DNA of 48,487 nt from positions 22,060,545 through 22,109,031 of the forward strand of contig NC_068989.1 in assembly GCF_001194135.2 (NCBI RefSeq), given 5' to 3'. Positions 1-10,381 of this stretch are shown here, one piece after another; the stretch's first letter is position 1, and every line of letters starts with the position of its first letter. Origin of the DNA: Octopus bimaculoides (taxonomy: Eukaryota). The notes under the pieces are model-generated. The model was given only the letters and a program-made list of their open reading frames with translations, was not told the DNA's origin and did not search any database. The position numbers and the translations under genes were made by a program.

Positions 1-719
1 ATATACTTTCTTAAAGTCTACAAAGCTGTCGCTAAGAGTAGTTTTGCTGTGTTTATATTATTATCGGAGATGATAAAGCGGTGAGCTGGCAGAATCGTTA
101 GCACGCTGGACGAAATACTTAACGGTATTTCGCCCATCACTGCATTCTAAGTTCAAATTCCGCCGAGATTGACTTTACCTTTCATCCTTTCGGGATCAAT
201 AAAATAAGTACCAGTTGAATATTGGAGGTTGATGTAATCGACTTAACTATTCCTGCGTATGAGTATAAAAACTGCATCCCTCTGCCAAGTCATGCTGAGA
301 CAGTATGGCACATAGGATCATCAAATCAGTATGATCACAAAATTCAAATTCATGGCTGCCACATCGGACTGTGGCTGGTGAAGGAAACATGCCGAAGCCT
401 TCATCCTACAGTAGACTGAATATGGACGATTCAGTCCAATCCAATTCAATCCATAAGAGAGAAAAAAAATCCAGTTAACTCTAATGACTACAGATACAAG
501 ATATACTTTCTTAAAGTCTACAAAGCTGTCGCTAAGAGTAGTTTTGCTGTGTTTATATTATTATCGGAGATGATAAAGCGGTGAGCTGGCAGAATCGTTA
601 GCACGCTGGACGAAATACTTAACGGTATTTCGCCCATCACTGCATTCTAAGTTCAAATTCCGCCGAGATTGACTTTACCTTTCATCCTTTCGGGATCAAT
701 AAAATAAGTACCAGTTGAA
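1..719 (+). repeat. Exact 219-bp direct duplication at 500-bp spacing
   Basis: 1-219 is identical to 501-719, covering unique flank plus the 5' part of a SINE. Confidence 0.9.
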
Positions 720-1480
720 CACTGCGGTCGATGTAATCAACTCTTCCCCTCACAACCAATATTATTGGAGATGATGTTACTGAATCAATCGTGAAATGAG
801 ATTAGGTTGGCTACGCTATATTACAACAAAGCAAACGCGCGAACGTTTAACAGATTTTATTAAGGGAATACATACACAAATTATCAAATCTTCACTGGTA
901 AGGAGATTAGGACTTAACTGTATTTGCTCGGACATTAGTTATCTGAAAGATGAGAGACCGCCGCAAGTTGTTGAAGCTTTTTCCTTATTTTGCTAGGTGA
1001 GAGTAGAGATATGTCCTGCTTGGAATGCCTTCAGAGCTCTGCTCTGGTCTGGCTTATGGCGAAAGGTAAGATGTGTGTTCTCCGCGGTGGTCTTGAAATC
1101 ACTTGTCTTAGATCTTCGCAGGCACTGCCTATCATACGAGGAAAACACACGAATCTCATAAACATTCAAGATGATGTCCACGACATGGCTTCAAACAGAT
1201 TGATTGATATTTAGGTTGCTCACCTGAAAATGATGTGGTTTATTTCAGACTGCGAACTGGTAATTTCACCGTTGGAGTTCAAAGCCTACAAAGCCTTAGC
1301 TGCGATAAGTGAATATATAGAAATCGAGAAAAAAACACACTCCGTTTTCAGAAGATTAAAAGGCAATAGACTTATTTATTGGGTCTTAAATTTTCTCAAA
1401 TTTTCAGCTGAATATTTACAAAACAAATGTACTTTTGGTGCAGTTTTGTTTGCTGATGATGAAAATCATATATATATATA

Positions 1481-1785
1481 TTGAAAAACCTAGAGTCAAG
1501 ACGGAGTGCCTACAATTGTGTCGACGCAACGTAGTTCTCCAAGAACACGTATTTGAATTTGCAACTGTTTGTTTGCGTAATGTTGTTTCTATATCGCCTG
1601 AGGAAGCACAACTAGACCTCATTATGCAAACAAACAGTTGCATAATCAAATACGTGTATTCTTGGAGAACTACATTGCGACGAAACAATTGTAGCAAATA
1701 ATAAATAAATGTCCAACCATACTCCAATTTCTTCAATTTTATATTCACACACGACGAATGCCCAAATTTAAACTTGAAAGTATAT
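1481..1785. mobile_element. Foldback/MITE-like element, copy 1
   Basis: About 73-bp inverted arms at 1510-1582 and 1620-1694 around a 37-nt loop; same sequence as 2711-3015. Confidence 0.8.
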
Positions 1786-2649
1786 AATTTTATCCAGTCG
1801 AATTACCCAGTTGGCCACACAGCAGAAGTTGAAACTATTTGTTGTCATAGCAATTTCAGTGTATCGTCAGCATAGAACGGTGAACCATGACCTTGAGTTT
1901 GTCAACTCGGAAGATGGGATTTACACTCAACAAATAAAAAGTACTTAGCCTGTCTTAAGTGAGGGAATAAACGCTGTTGTGGTATTCATTTTCCCCAGCA
2001 AATTCATATCTCTGCGAGTTTATGTGGTACCGTTGGCACGAAAAATATTATCTATTTGAAAAACCATTGGAATATATAGCACAATCTTGTTAAATTTTGA
2101 AGAAACAATCGTTTTCTTTCATTAAATTCTGTTTTAATAAAAAAAAAACATTCATTTTTTTTCATTGCTTTCTTTCAATAAATTCTTATTCTTTTTTTAT
2201 AAAACATTCAAGCTTCCATAGTGTTTTGATTTTCTTGCCGTTCATACAGGGATTCTCAACTCGTGAGTAAACAACGCTACACTGAAGTTACCGTAAGAAT
2301 AGATATTTTCGACTTCCGCTATGTGACCAATCGAGTTATTCGACTGGCTAAATAAATATACATAACTTACAATACTTTTAACATCTTTATTTAATTTCTT
2401 GAGCAAACGAATGCGATTTTCTCCATCAAAAGTAGAAAAAGAAGAAAATTTGAAAACAATTAGGAGAAAATTTTCAAATTCTTCAAGTAGTTGAAAGAAA
2501 TTTTACAAGATCCCGTAGAGTTATATAGCAAATAATTGAAGACTGTAAAACAGCTGTACCCAGCCTTTTTTGTACAACTGACCGCTAGATCATGTGCATA
2601 GCAAAACACAATAAAGTGCGTAGTATATAATTTATTAATTAAATATATA

Positions 2650-2689
<40 letters not shown>

Positions 2690-2710
2690 GTATATATATG
2701 TATATATATA

Positions 2711-3015
2711 TTGAAAAACCTAGAGTCAAGAAGGAGTGCGGTTGAACATTTATTTATTCGCTACAATTGTGTCGCCGCAACGTAGTTCTCCAAGAACACA
2801 CGTATTTGAATTTGCAACTGTTTGTTTGCATGATGTTGTTTCTATATCGCCTGAGAAAGCACAACTAGACCTCATTATGCAAACAAGCAGTTGCATAATC
2901 AAATACGTGTACTCTTGGAGAACTACGTTGTGACGAAACAGTTGTAGCGAATAATAAATAAATGTCCAACCGTACTCCAATTTCTTGACTCCAAATTTAA
3001 ACTTGAAAGTATATA
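2711..3015. mobile_element. Foldback/MITE-like element, copy 2
   Basis: About 115-bp inverted arms at 2723-2835 and 2873-2991; loop nearly identical to copy 1. Confidence 0.8.
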
Positions 3016-3344
3016 ATAATACTACCGATAGTACTGGATAATTCTGAAGGTAGACGAGCTTTATACTGTACTCTACCACGTTCATAACGGAATATAACTT
3101 AACTATATATATATATATATGCTGTTAAGTATATGTCTGGTCATATAACTATATTACTGCTCTATATTTTAGAGTATGCTTCTTTTTCTGATATATAGTA
3201 CACTGACGATATATATAATGTGTGTGTGTTTCATATATAATACATATATAATGTAAAAGCACCCTGAAGACTTCGATAGTCAATAAAACAGTAGTAAAAT
3301 TTTAAAATGTTTTCTTTCTGTCGGCCTGGTGCCAAATGATCTCC

Positions 3345-3385
3345 AGCCCAGTGCTGGTCAGTGGTTCGGAGGTTGGGGACCCCTG
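3345..3385. mobile_element. Isolated hAT-type terminal remnant
   Basis: Ends in GGTTGGGGACCCCTG, the reverse complement of a Charlie/MER5-type CAGGGGTCCCCAACC TIR; partner end not found. Confidence 0.4.
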
Positions 3386-4292
3386 CTGTAGAAGGACGAG
3401 GAAGGATCTGAGTGTGGGATGGATTGACTACTAGAAGGCTTTTGACAGTTTTCCTCTCACTTCACCGCATACATCCGGGAAATATTAGCCATTAGTAAGG
3501 TAACACCAATGATAAACAAATGCATTAAACAATTAATGAGTAAATGGTAAAGAATTTTGTATATAGACAAAAGAAGGAAATATATATATTAAACTTATTC
3601 TCATTAGAAGAGAAGTATTCTAAGGGAACTTTCAACCTTTCTATTCCTTTCTGCCTAATGCTAACACCTTGAACCACAGAGACAAAACGATAAACAAGAG
3701 ACATGGGGACTATATGACGATAAGAAACGAGGTGAATACATGGTGATAAATAATTAATAAATATGGTGATTGCATTGTAAGAAGAAACATGGTGAATACA
3801 TAGTAATAAATAAACTTGGATATTCCCCGTCAAGTTAAAAACTCCAAAACAGAAAATTTTCAAATTAAATAAATTACTTGATACTTGTGCGCATGCAAAA
3901 ATGTACATTATTAAAAAAAGCTCTGAGAAATCAAAGTTTTGAATGGGTCAAGGATGCCGTCGATCATAGGATTGCATATTTGGAGTTTAAAAAAAACAAC
4001 AACAGCGACAGGGTATTCAACTGGTAAGATAAGTGAAAGTCCTAGTCTGTGGAATTAGCATACAACTTAACATTTGAAACAGGCAACAGCGAACAATTCT
4101 TTACCATTTGATAATCTACCTTTGAATGCAGTTTGCATCAGTTTACTATTTCAATTTATTCTGATTGTAGTTACTAACAAATATCTGGGTTTTTTTGTTT
4201 TTGTTCGTTTTGTTTTGTTTTGTTTTTCTCTCTATATTGTCTAAAAAGGTTTCATCGTCCTTAAAGTTCCTTTTCTTTTTTCTTCTATTTAG

Positions 4293-4472
4293 TCAAAAGC
4301 TTATTCGCGCATTTTTCCGTCCGTTCTGAAATCTTTAATGATGATGCTGGAATTAGACTACACGACCACATTCCACAACCTATTCCTAGAAAACACCATC
4401 ACTTATACAGCTGTTTACATTATACTAATTTTGTACGTCATCCTTATGCCTTTTCTACTGATGAACTTACTG
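4293..4472 (+). CDS. TRPA1: TRPA1-like channel exon: pore helix, selectivity filter, S6
   Basis: Pyrimidine tract plus TTTAG acceptor at 4292 and GTACGT donor at 4473; 180 nt, phase 0-0. Translates SKAYSRIFPSVLKSLMMMLELDYTTTFHNLFLENTITYTAVYIILILYVILMPFLLMNLL, which aligns with human TRPA1 SIIQTFSMMLGDINY...FVPIVLMNLL. Confidence 0.9.
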
Positions 4473-4582
4473 GTACGTATTTGTTTCTTTTCCCTTTGAG
4501 TTGGTTTCATATCGCTGAAGCTCTTTCTCCCTGCTCTCTGTAGGTGAAAAGAATGATGTTCGACACATGAAGAAAATAAAAG

Positions 4583-4988
4583 AAGGCGGCGAGATGGCAG
4601 AAACGTTAGCACAACGGGCGAAATGCTTCGCGGTATTTCGTCTGCCGTTAAGTTCTGAGTTCAAATTCCGCCGAGGTCGACTTTGCCTTTCATCCTTTCG
4701 GGGTCGATAAATTAAGTACCAGTTACGCACTGGGGTCGATGTAATCGACTTAATCCGTTCGTCTGTTCTTGTTTGTTCCCTCTATGTTTAGCCCCTTGTG
4801 GGCAATAACGAAATAGGTATTTCGTCTGCCATTACGTTCTGAGTTCAAATTCCGCCGAGGTCGACTTTGCCTTTCATCCTTTCGGGTCGATAAATTAAGT
4901 ACCAGTTATGCACTGGGGTTGATGTAATCGATTTAACCCCTTTGTTTGTCCCCTCTATGTTTAGCCCCTTGTGGGCAATAAAGAAATG
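4583..4988 (+). mobile_element. Dimeric Nin/Deu-domain-like SINE
   Basis: tRNA-like head (GAGTTCAAATTCC B-box) plus GTCGACTTTGCCTTTCATCCTTTCGGGGTCGATAAA central domain; one full copy followed by a 5'-truncated copy; flanking repeat GAAGAAAATAA(A/C)AG. Confidence 0.8.
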
Positions 4989-5477
4989 GAAGAAAATAAC
5001 AGTAATGATTCCATTTACTACAATTTTCTGTAGTTTCAATCATGTTTTTAGGCTAAAATAAGAAAATATCGTTTTTCACGCACGTCCTTAAATTTTTCTT
5101 TGAAGTTTGAACTATACAGCAACTTGGGCACGTTATGGGATTATGATTTTCAGAACAAATAAATAAAATTAACGTTTTATTGCAATATCTATTGAATATG
5201 TAGATTTTAATCTTTGAGAAAATCTATATTAAAATGCTAGTATAACTACGTATGTTACACCGAGAAGTGGTTAGCTGAAGGGAGAGGTAGAAGAGAAAGA
5301 CTGGGGGTAAAGTGCATGTGTGCATCGGAGAAAGAGAGAGAGAGAAGCGTTTAGTAGAGGGAAATATCGTGATGGTGAGATTAAGAAGGAAGGGAAAGCT
5401 ATTGTTATGCAGTTAAGTAGGTAATTGAAGGAGACAGAGAGAGAGAGAGAGAAAGAGGAACAGAGAGGTACTATGGA

Positions 5478-5706
5478 CGGCGAGCTGGAAGAATTGTTAG
5501 CACGCTGGGCGAAATGCTTAGCGGTATTTCGTCTGCCGTTACGTTCTGAGTTCAAATTCCGCCGAGGTCGACTTTGCCTTTCACCCTTTCGGGGTCGATA
5601 AATTAAGTACCAGTTACGCACTGGGGTCGATGTAATCGACTTAATCCCTTTGTCTGTCCTTGTTTGTCCCCTCTGTGTTTAGCCCCTTGCGGGTAGTAAA
5701 GAAATA
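5478..5706 (+). mobile_element. Nin/Deu-domain-like SINE with TSD
   Basis: Same family; 16-bp direct repeat AGAGAGGTACTATGGA at 5462-5477 and 5707-5722. Confidence 0.85.
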
Positions 5707-5945
5707 AGAGAGGTACTATGGAACGAATTACTTCAGCTTCCAATGTTCAACGGATATTTCATTAAGTCAAATTAATTGCCAATATCGCGTAGGTTCATTT
5801 GAAAAGACTTCAACAAGATTGAAATGTTTGCTGTTGATATCACCATCACCATCACAATGTCGACAATATTATCTTTAAATGTTATTTATCTGCCAGCCAT
5901 CTCATTGATCTAGTCATTTTATTCTTTTTTCTTTCTCATTTCCAG

Positions 5946-6014
5946 ATCGGTTTAGCCGTCGGAGACATTGAATCCATTCAAAAAAACGCAGGTCTTAAAC
6001 GCCTTACTATGCAG
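5946..6014 (+). CDS. TRPA1: TRPA1-like exon: end of S6 and TRP-like helix
   Basis: TTCCAG acceptor and GTAAGT donor; 69 nt, phase 0-0. IGLAVGDIESIQKNAGLKRLTMQ vs human IGLAVGDIAEVQKHASLKRIAMQ. Confidence 0.95.
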
Positions 6015-6369
6015 GTAAGTAAAAACAGATAAATATGATTTTGTTTTACTGCTGATATTCTATGTCAGCTGATCACTCAAATGACTTTCCCAACAAACAA
6101 ATGCTTAGCACATTAACAATTCGGTTTTGATATTTACCACTCATAGCAGTCATGAGCAAAATCATCGTACATGCTGAAGCATGATGATAGTGTTGCTAGG
6201 ATACCAGGTTACTGACAGCCGAGTCAAGTTCAATTCCTTTCGTGGGCTTCGAGAAAATAACAAGGAAGCTTTCCAGGTTATACTTCTCTTCAATAATATC
6301 CCAACAAACTTACATGTTTCACAAATACCGGTGAAGTCATGAAAATACAACGATAAACTTTGATATTTA

Positions 6370-6590
6370 ATATTAATTTCAAAATTTGGCACAAGGCCAG
6401 CAAATTCGGGTGAGAGGATAAATCGATTACCTCGACCCCAATGTTCAACTGGTACTTATTTTATCGACCCCGAAAGGATAAAAGGCAGAGTCGATCTCTG
6501 CAGTATTTGAACTCAAAACATAAAGACAGACGAAATGCTGCTAAGCACTTTGTCCGTCATGCTGACGATTCAGCCGGCTTGCCACCTTAA
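6370..6590 (-). mobile_element. Nin/Deu-domain-like SINE, antisense copy
   Basis: Reverse-complement match to the family (TTTTATCGACCCCGAAAGGATAAAAGGCAGAGTCGA). Confidence 0.8.
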
Positions 6591-6610
6591 CTTGGTACCT
6601 AATATTATTT

Positions 6611-7103
6611 GATGCCACTTTGGCGTGTGATCTACAAGTTAAAGGGCGATTGCTTTAGATTGCTTTTTAGTTTATTTTTCAATTTCTGTTGGCTAAAGAC
6701 TTTTACAATGTCATCAGCGACGAGACGAAGGCAGTTGCATTTTTACAAAGAAATGGCCTTTTAGATGATGAAGAAAATGTTGCACTATGTCATCGTTGTG
6801 GTGGAGAAATGAAAGAAGCTCGAAGAAAAATTGAAGATGGTGAAATTTTGCCAACTTTATGTTGCAAAACTCGCGGCTGCCAAACTTATCGGTCTATCCG
6901 CATCGGAAATGGGGTTTTTCCCCCCTATTATACTAGTTTAAATAACAAAATTCATTGCAATCTTTCTCTTATGATAAGGTACTTCAGTTAACTGGTAGAG
7001 GTACCGAATCAAAATTTCACTGTCTTTCCTTTAGAAATTGATAAGTAAATTAAAATGTAACCTAAAGTAATTCAAGTTGTAGATCACACGCCAAAGTAGC
7101 TCC
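6611..7103 (+). mobile_element. Merlin (IS1016-like) DNA transposon, internally deleted, N-terminal transposase remnant
   Basis: TIR core GC(C/T)ACTTTGGCGTGTGATCTACAA at both ends; degenerate 8-bp TSD TATTATTT/TGTTATTC. ORF 6689-6991 has AFLQRNGLL..CHRCGGEM...CCKTRGCQTYRSIR, the zinc-binding N-terminus of Merlin transposases. Confidence 0.8.
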
Positions 7104-7250
7104 TGTTATTCTTTATTACTCTAATTACCAAATACGTAGTATTATGAAGTGGAAAACCCAATGGAAACATAATTTCCTTGGTGCAGTAAAAAGATCAGCT
7201 GCGATGTGATTCGATCTGATTGTGTAAGAAACCATTATTTATACTTGCAG

Positions 7251-7361
7251 GTAACAAGTCATACATCAATTGAAAGAATGCTGCCAAAACGACTTCTGAG
7301 ACGGTTCAACAAAGAAACTTATAGGGTTTTCCCCAACGAGAAAGGAAAATGTTCTAGCAGT
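7251..7361 (+). CDS. TRPA1: TRPA1-like exon: post-TRP helix region
   Basis: TTGCAG acceptor and GTAAGT donor; 111 nt, phase 0-0. VTSHTSIERMLPKRLLRRFNKETYRVFPNEKGKCSSS vs human VELHTSLEKKLPLWFLRKVDQKSTIVYPN. Confidence 0.92.
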
Positions 7362-8392
7362 GTAAGTAATTGTTTTACTTCTTTTTCTTCTGTTCTTTTA
7401 CTTAAATCATCCACGTTTGTGTTGAATCTCAGTCGTTAATTTACATTTTTCTTTTATTTCCTGTCTGCATTCATGGCCTTTGCAGACCCTTTCAGATTGG
7501 TGAGATTGGTATCGTTAATGTAAGTCAATACCCACAAGAAAGATATGAGCAGGAAAAGAATTCCAGAAGCATTATGTTCTGGGAAGGAAGGGCTTGATTT
7601 AGTGTAGGGCTTAGTGGTGTTGGGTGTAACAACAATGACGACGACGACGATGATGATGCTCACCAACACTCTAGTCTCAAGCCTACATAGTTCTTGTCTT
7701 CTCTTTTTGAATTGCTGCTTCGGTGATCTCTACTCTTTGTAGCAGGGAGTTCCCATGACATTTTGATTCAAGCAATCTTGACTCATGTTCCATATTGTGT
7801 GAGTCATCCATCCACTTACCCATTATTCCCATCAATTGTTGAATCTCCCGTTTGTCGAGCTTTTACCACTGCTAAAACATTTACTGCTCCTCTGAACTAA
7901 GAAACAATTTACTACCCAACTGATCCTCACCCACCCCCGTCATCCTTCCGTATTTTACTCCACTTCTTTAAAAAATAAACTGAACAATCCTACACCTGCT
8001 ATCCTCTTAAAACCTACCCGTCACGTACATGCATCAATCTATTGAGGTCTAAGCTGAATATTGGTCGCATCAGCATTGAGAGGTCGTAAAGACTAAAAGC
8101 ACTGTCCTTCTTCCTTAGGCTAAATAAATAAATTAATTAATTAATTAATTAAATGGTCCACTACATTGACTTTATTTTGGCAAGAATTATCTAAGCTGAT
8201 GCCACACTGCTAATCCTTCAATCAGTTTTTCATCATTTTGTTGTCAAGTGGACTCATAACATAAGGTTGAGAGCCAACCATATACTCAAGAATATACCGA
8301 TAAAATATGTATTTCTGCCAAGGAAAAACATGAGCACTTACATTGTTAGTTCTTCTCACCACCATTCTTTTTTTTTATTATTATTTCCACAG

Positions 8393-8490
8393 ATTATGAA
8401 GCAATCTCAACTCTCAAACTACGATAAATTCCAAAATATTGAGATATCTGCAGATAAAATAGACTGGGAAATGCGAAAACAGAACCAAAG
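8393..8490 (+). CDS. TRPA1: TRPA1-like exon: linker into coiled coil
   Basis: CCACAG acceptor and GTAAAA donor; 98 nt, phase 0-2. IMKQSQLSNYDKFQNIEISADKIDWEMRKQNQ(R); the end matches human LEMEILKQKYR and the spacing from PN is within one residue of human. Confidence 0.85.
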
Positions 8491-8998
8491 GTAAAAAATG
8501 CCTTTTCTCTTTTGGTCATTGTTGCTGTTGTTACTTCTACTGTGAAATAACTCCAAGTCACTCTTGACTGAACAGACCTTATGGTACGAAGGTAGTCAAT
8601 CGAACTAAGGACAATTCAAGTGAAGCGTTTGTTTGCTTTTTGTCTTTTTACTTATTATTTCACATACCTTAAAAAAGTTTAGTGTTCAGATAAGGTATTT
8701 AATTATTGTCATATCTTTATTATTTTTATTATTTTGTTGCTTCACTTCTACTTCACAAAATTGGTATGAGATTTCTCTGATAAAGTTAACTGTAAGTAAC
8801 AAGTATAGCTCCACGGTTCATATTGTCACCATCACTGAGTGTGGTAGGAATGAAACTTCCGTTGCCTTAAACCACCGATTAATTCAAGCTATCGTGCCCA
8901 ACCTGTTAAAATACGTTAACACTTACTTCACTATTTACTTTCCATGTTGATGTTATCTCCCTCGAGATTTAAGTTATTTTGTCATGCCAAGGGATATA

Positions 8999-10280
8999 TT
9001 GGGTTGTCCGGAAAATTCGTGCCGATTTATAGTAGCTTACCTTTCGACTTATTTAGAACATGGTTGAGTCCATAAAATATGATTTGACTACACCTCCATT
9101 TAGAGCAGAGTTTAAGCTATCTTTTCGTGGAAGAAGGCTTATGTTCCTATAGCCTGTGTTAATTCTGTAACCCTTTAAAATGTAAGATAAGAAAGTTCAT
9201 TTTCGGCACTTGATGCTTTTCTTTTTCCGTAAAGGGAAAAATGCCTCACAAGCAACCAAAGAAATATGCGCAGTTTACGGTGATGTTTCTTTATCTGAAA
9301 TAACTGTACGTAAGTAGTTCGCAAAGTTCTGAGCTGGAGATTGTAGCCTTATTGATAAAGAACGATCAGGCAGACTATCCACTACAGATGATGACCAAAT
9401 CAAGTCATTCATTGAGAATAACCCACATTGCACAACCCGAGAATTGGCAGAAAGCCTCAACCTATCAAAATCCGTCGTTCATGAGTACCTAGTAACTCTT
9501 GGGTACACTAATCGCTACGATGTTTGGGTACCACATGAGTTGAGTGAGAAGAACCTTATGGGTCGCATTTCCATCTGTGATTCGCTTTATAAACGGAATG
9601 AAAACGCGCCTTTTTTAAAGCAAATTGTGACAGGTGATGAGAAATGGATTACCTACCTAAATGTTCAGAGAAAGCGATCCTGGAGTAAGCGACATGAGCT
9701 ACCCTTAGCCACCCCAAAAGTGGGTCTTCACCCTAAAAAAGTCTTGCCTTGTGTCTGGTGGGATTGAAAAGGAATTCTGTACTATGAGCTTCTCCCAAGT
9801 AACTAGACAATTAATTCTGAGAAATATTGCACACAACTGGACGAGTTAAAAACAGCAATTCAAGAGAAACGTCCAGAATTGGCCAACAGGAAGGGTATTG
9901 TTTTCCAGCATGATAATGCAAGACCGCACGTTTCTTTTGGAACCAGACAAAAATTGCTGCAGCTCGGCTGGGATGTGTTACCCCACCCTCCATATTCACC
10001 AGGTATTGATCCTTCGGATTTCCACTTATTCAGGTCTCTGCAGAATAGTCTTAATAGTAAAACTTTCAATTCCTTGGATAACGTAAAAAATACCTTGATG
10101 AATTCTTTGCCATGAAACCACTTCAAATCTGGGAAGAGGGTATTTTCAAGTTAAAGCAAAGATGGAGACGCATTGTGCAACAAAATGGTTCATATTTGGT
10201 TGATTAAAAATGCAATGGCAAGTATTTATTGACCTTTTTCTTTCCTTTAAAAATCGGCACGAACTTTCCGGACAACCCAA
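8999..10280 (+). mobile_element. Full-length decayed mariner transposon (mellifera-like subfamily) in the last TRPA1 intron
   Basis: 30-bp TIRs TTGGGTTGTCCGGAAA(A/G)TTCGTGCCGATTT at 8999-9028 and 10251-10280 with 1 mismatch; TA on the left, CA on the right; 1282 bp long. Confidence 0.95.
9180..10207 (+). pseudogene. Mariner D,D34D transposase pseudogene
   Basis: WVPHEL, TGDEKW, HDNARPH and HPPYSPGIDPSDFHLF motifs; 34 residues counted between the 2nd and 3rd Asp. At least 5 in-frame stops (including codon 2) and a frameshift in the A-run near 10086. Confidence 0.95.
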
Positions 10281-10381
10281 CACAATATGAACATATTCCT
10301 TTGTTTCCACTGATCTAGCAGATACTTAAATGGCTATGTTTCGCTGAGGAAGTTTAATAAAACGGAAAGATGTCTGGAGAC

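Noticed and set aside
997-1065. 69-nt segment with a good acceptor (TTTTGCTAG) and donor (AAG/GTAAGA)
   Set aside because: No frame resembles TRPA1 S1-S5 or any protein I recognise; it cannot be assigned without transcripts.
2213-2262. Possible TRPA1 S5 exon (FHSVLIFLPFIQGFST) ending at a GTGAGT donor
   Set aside because: Weak similarity only, too short, and it ends in phase 1 whereas the pore exon starts in phase 0.
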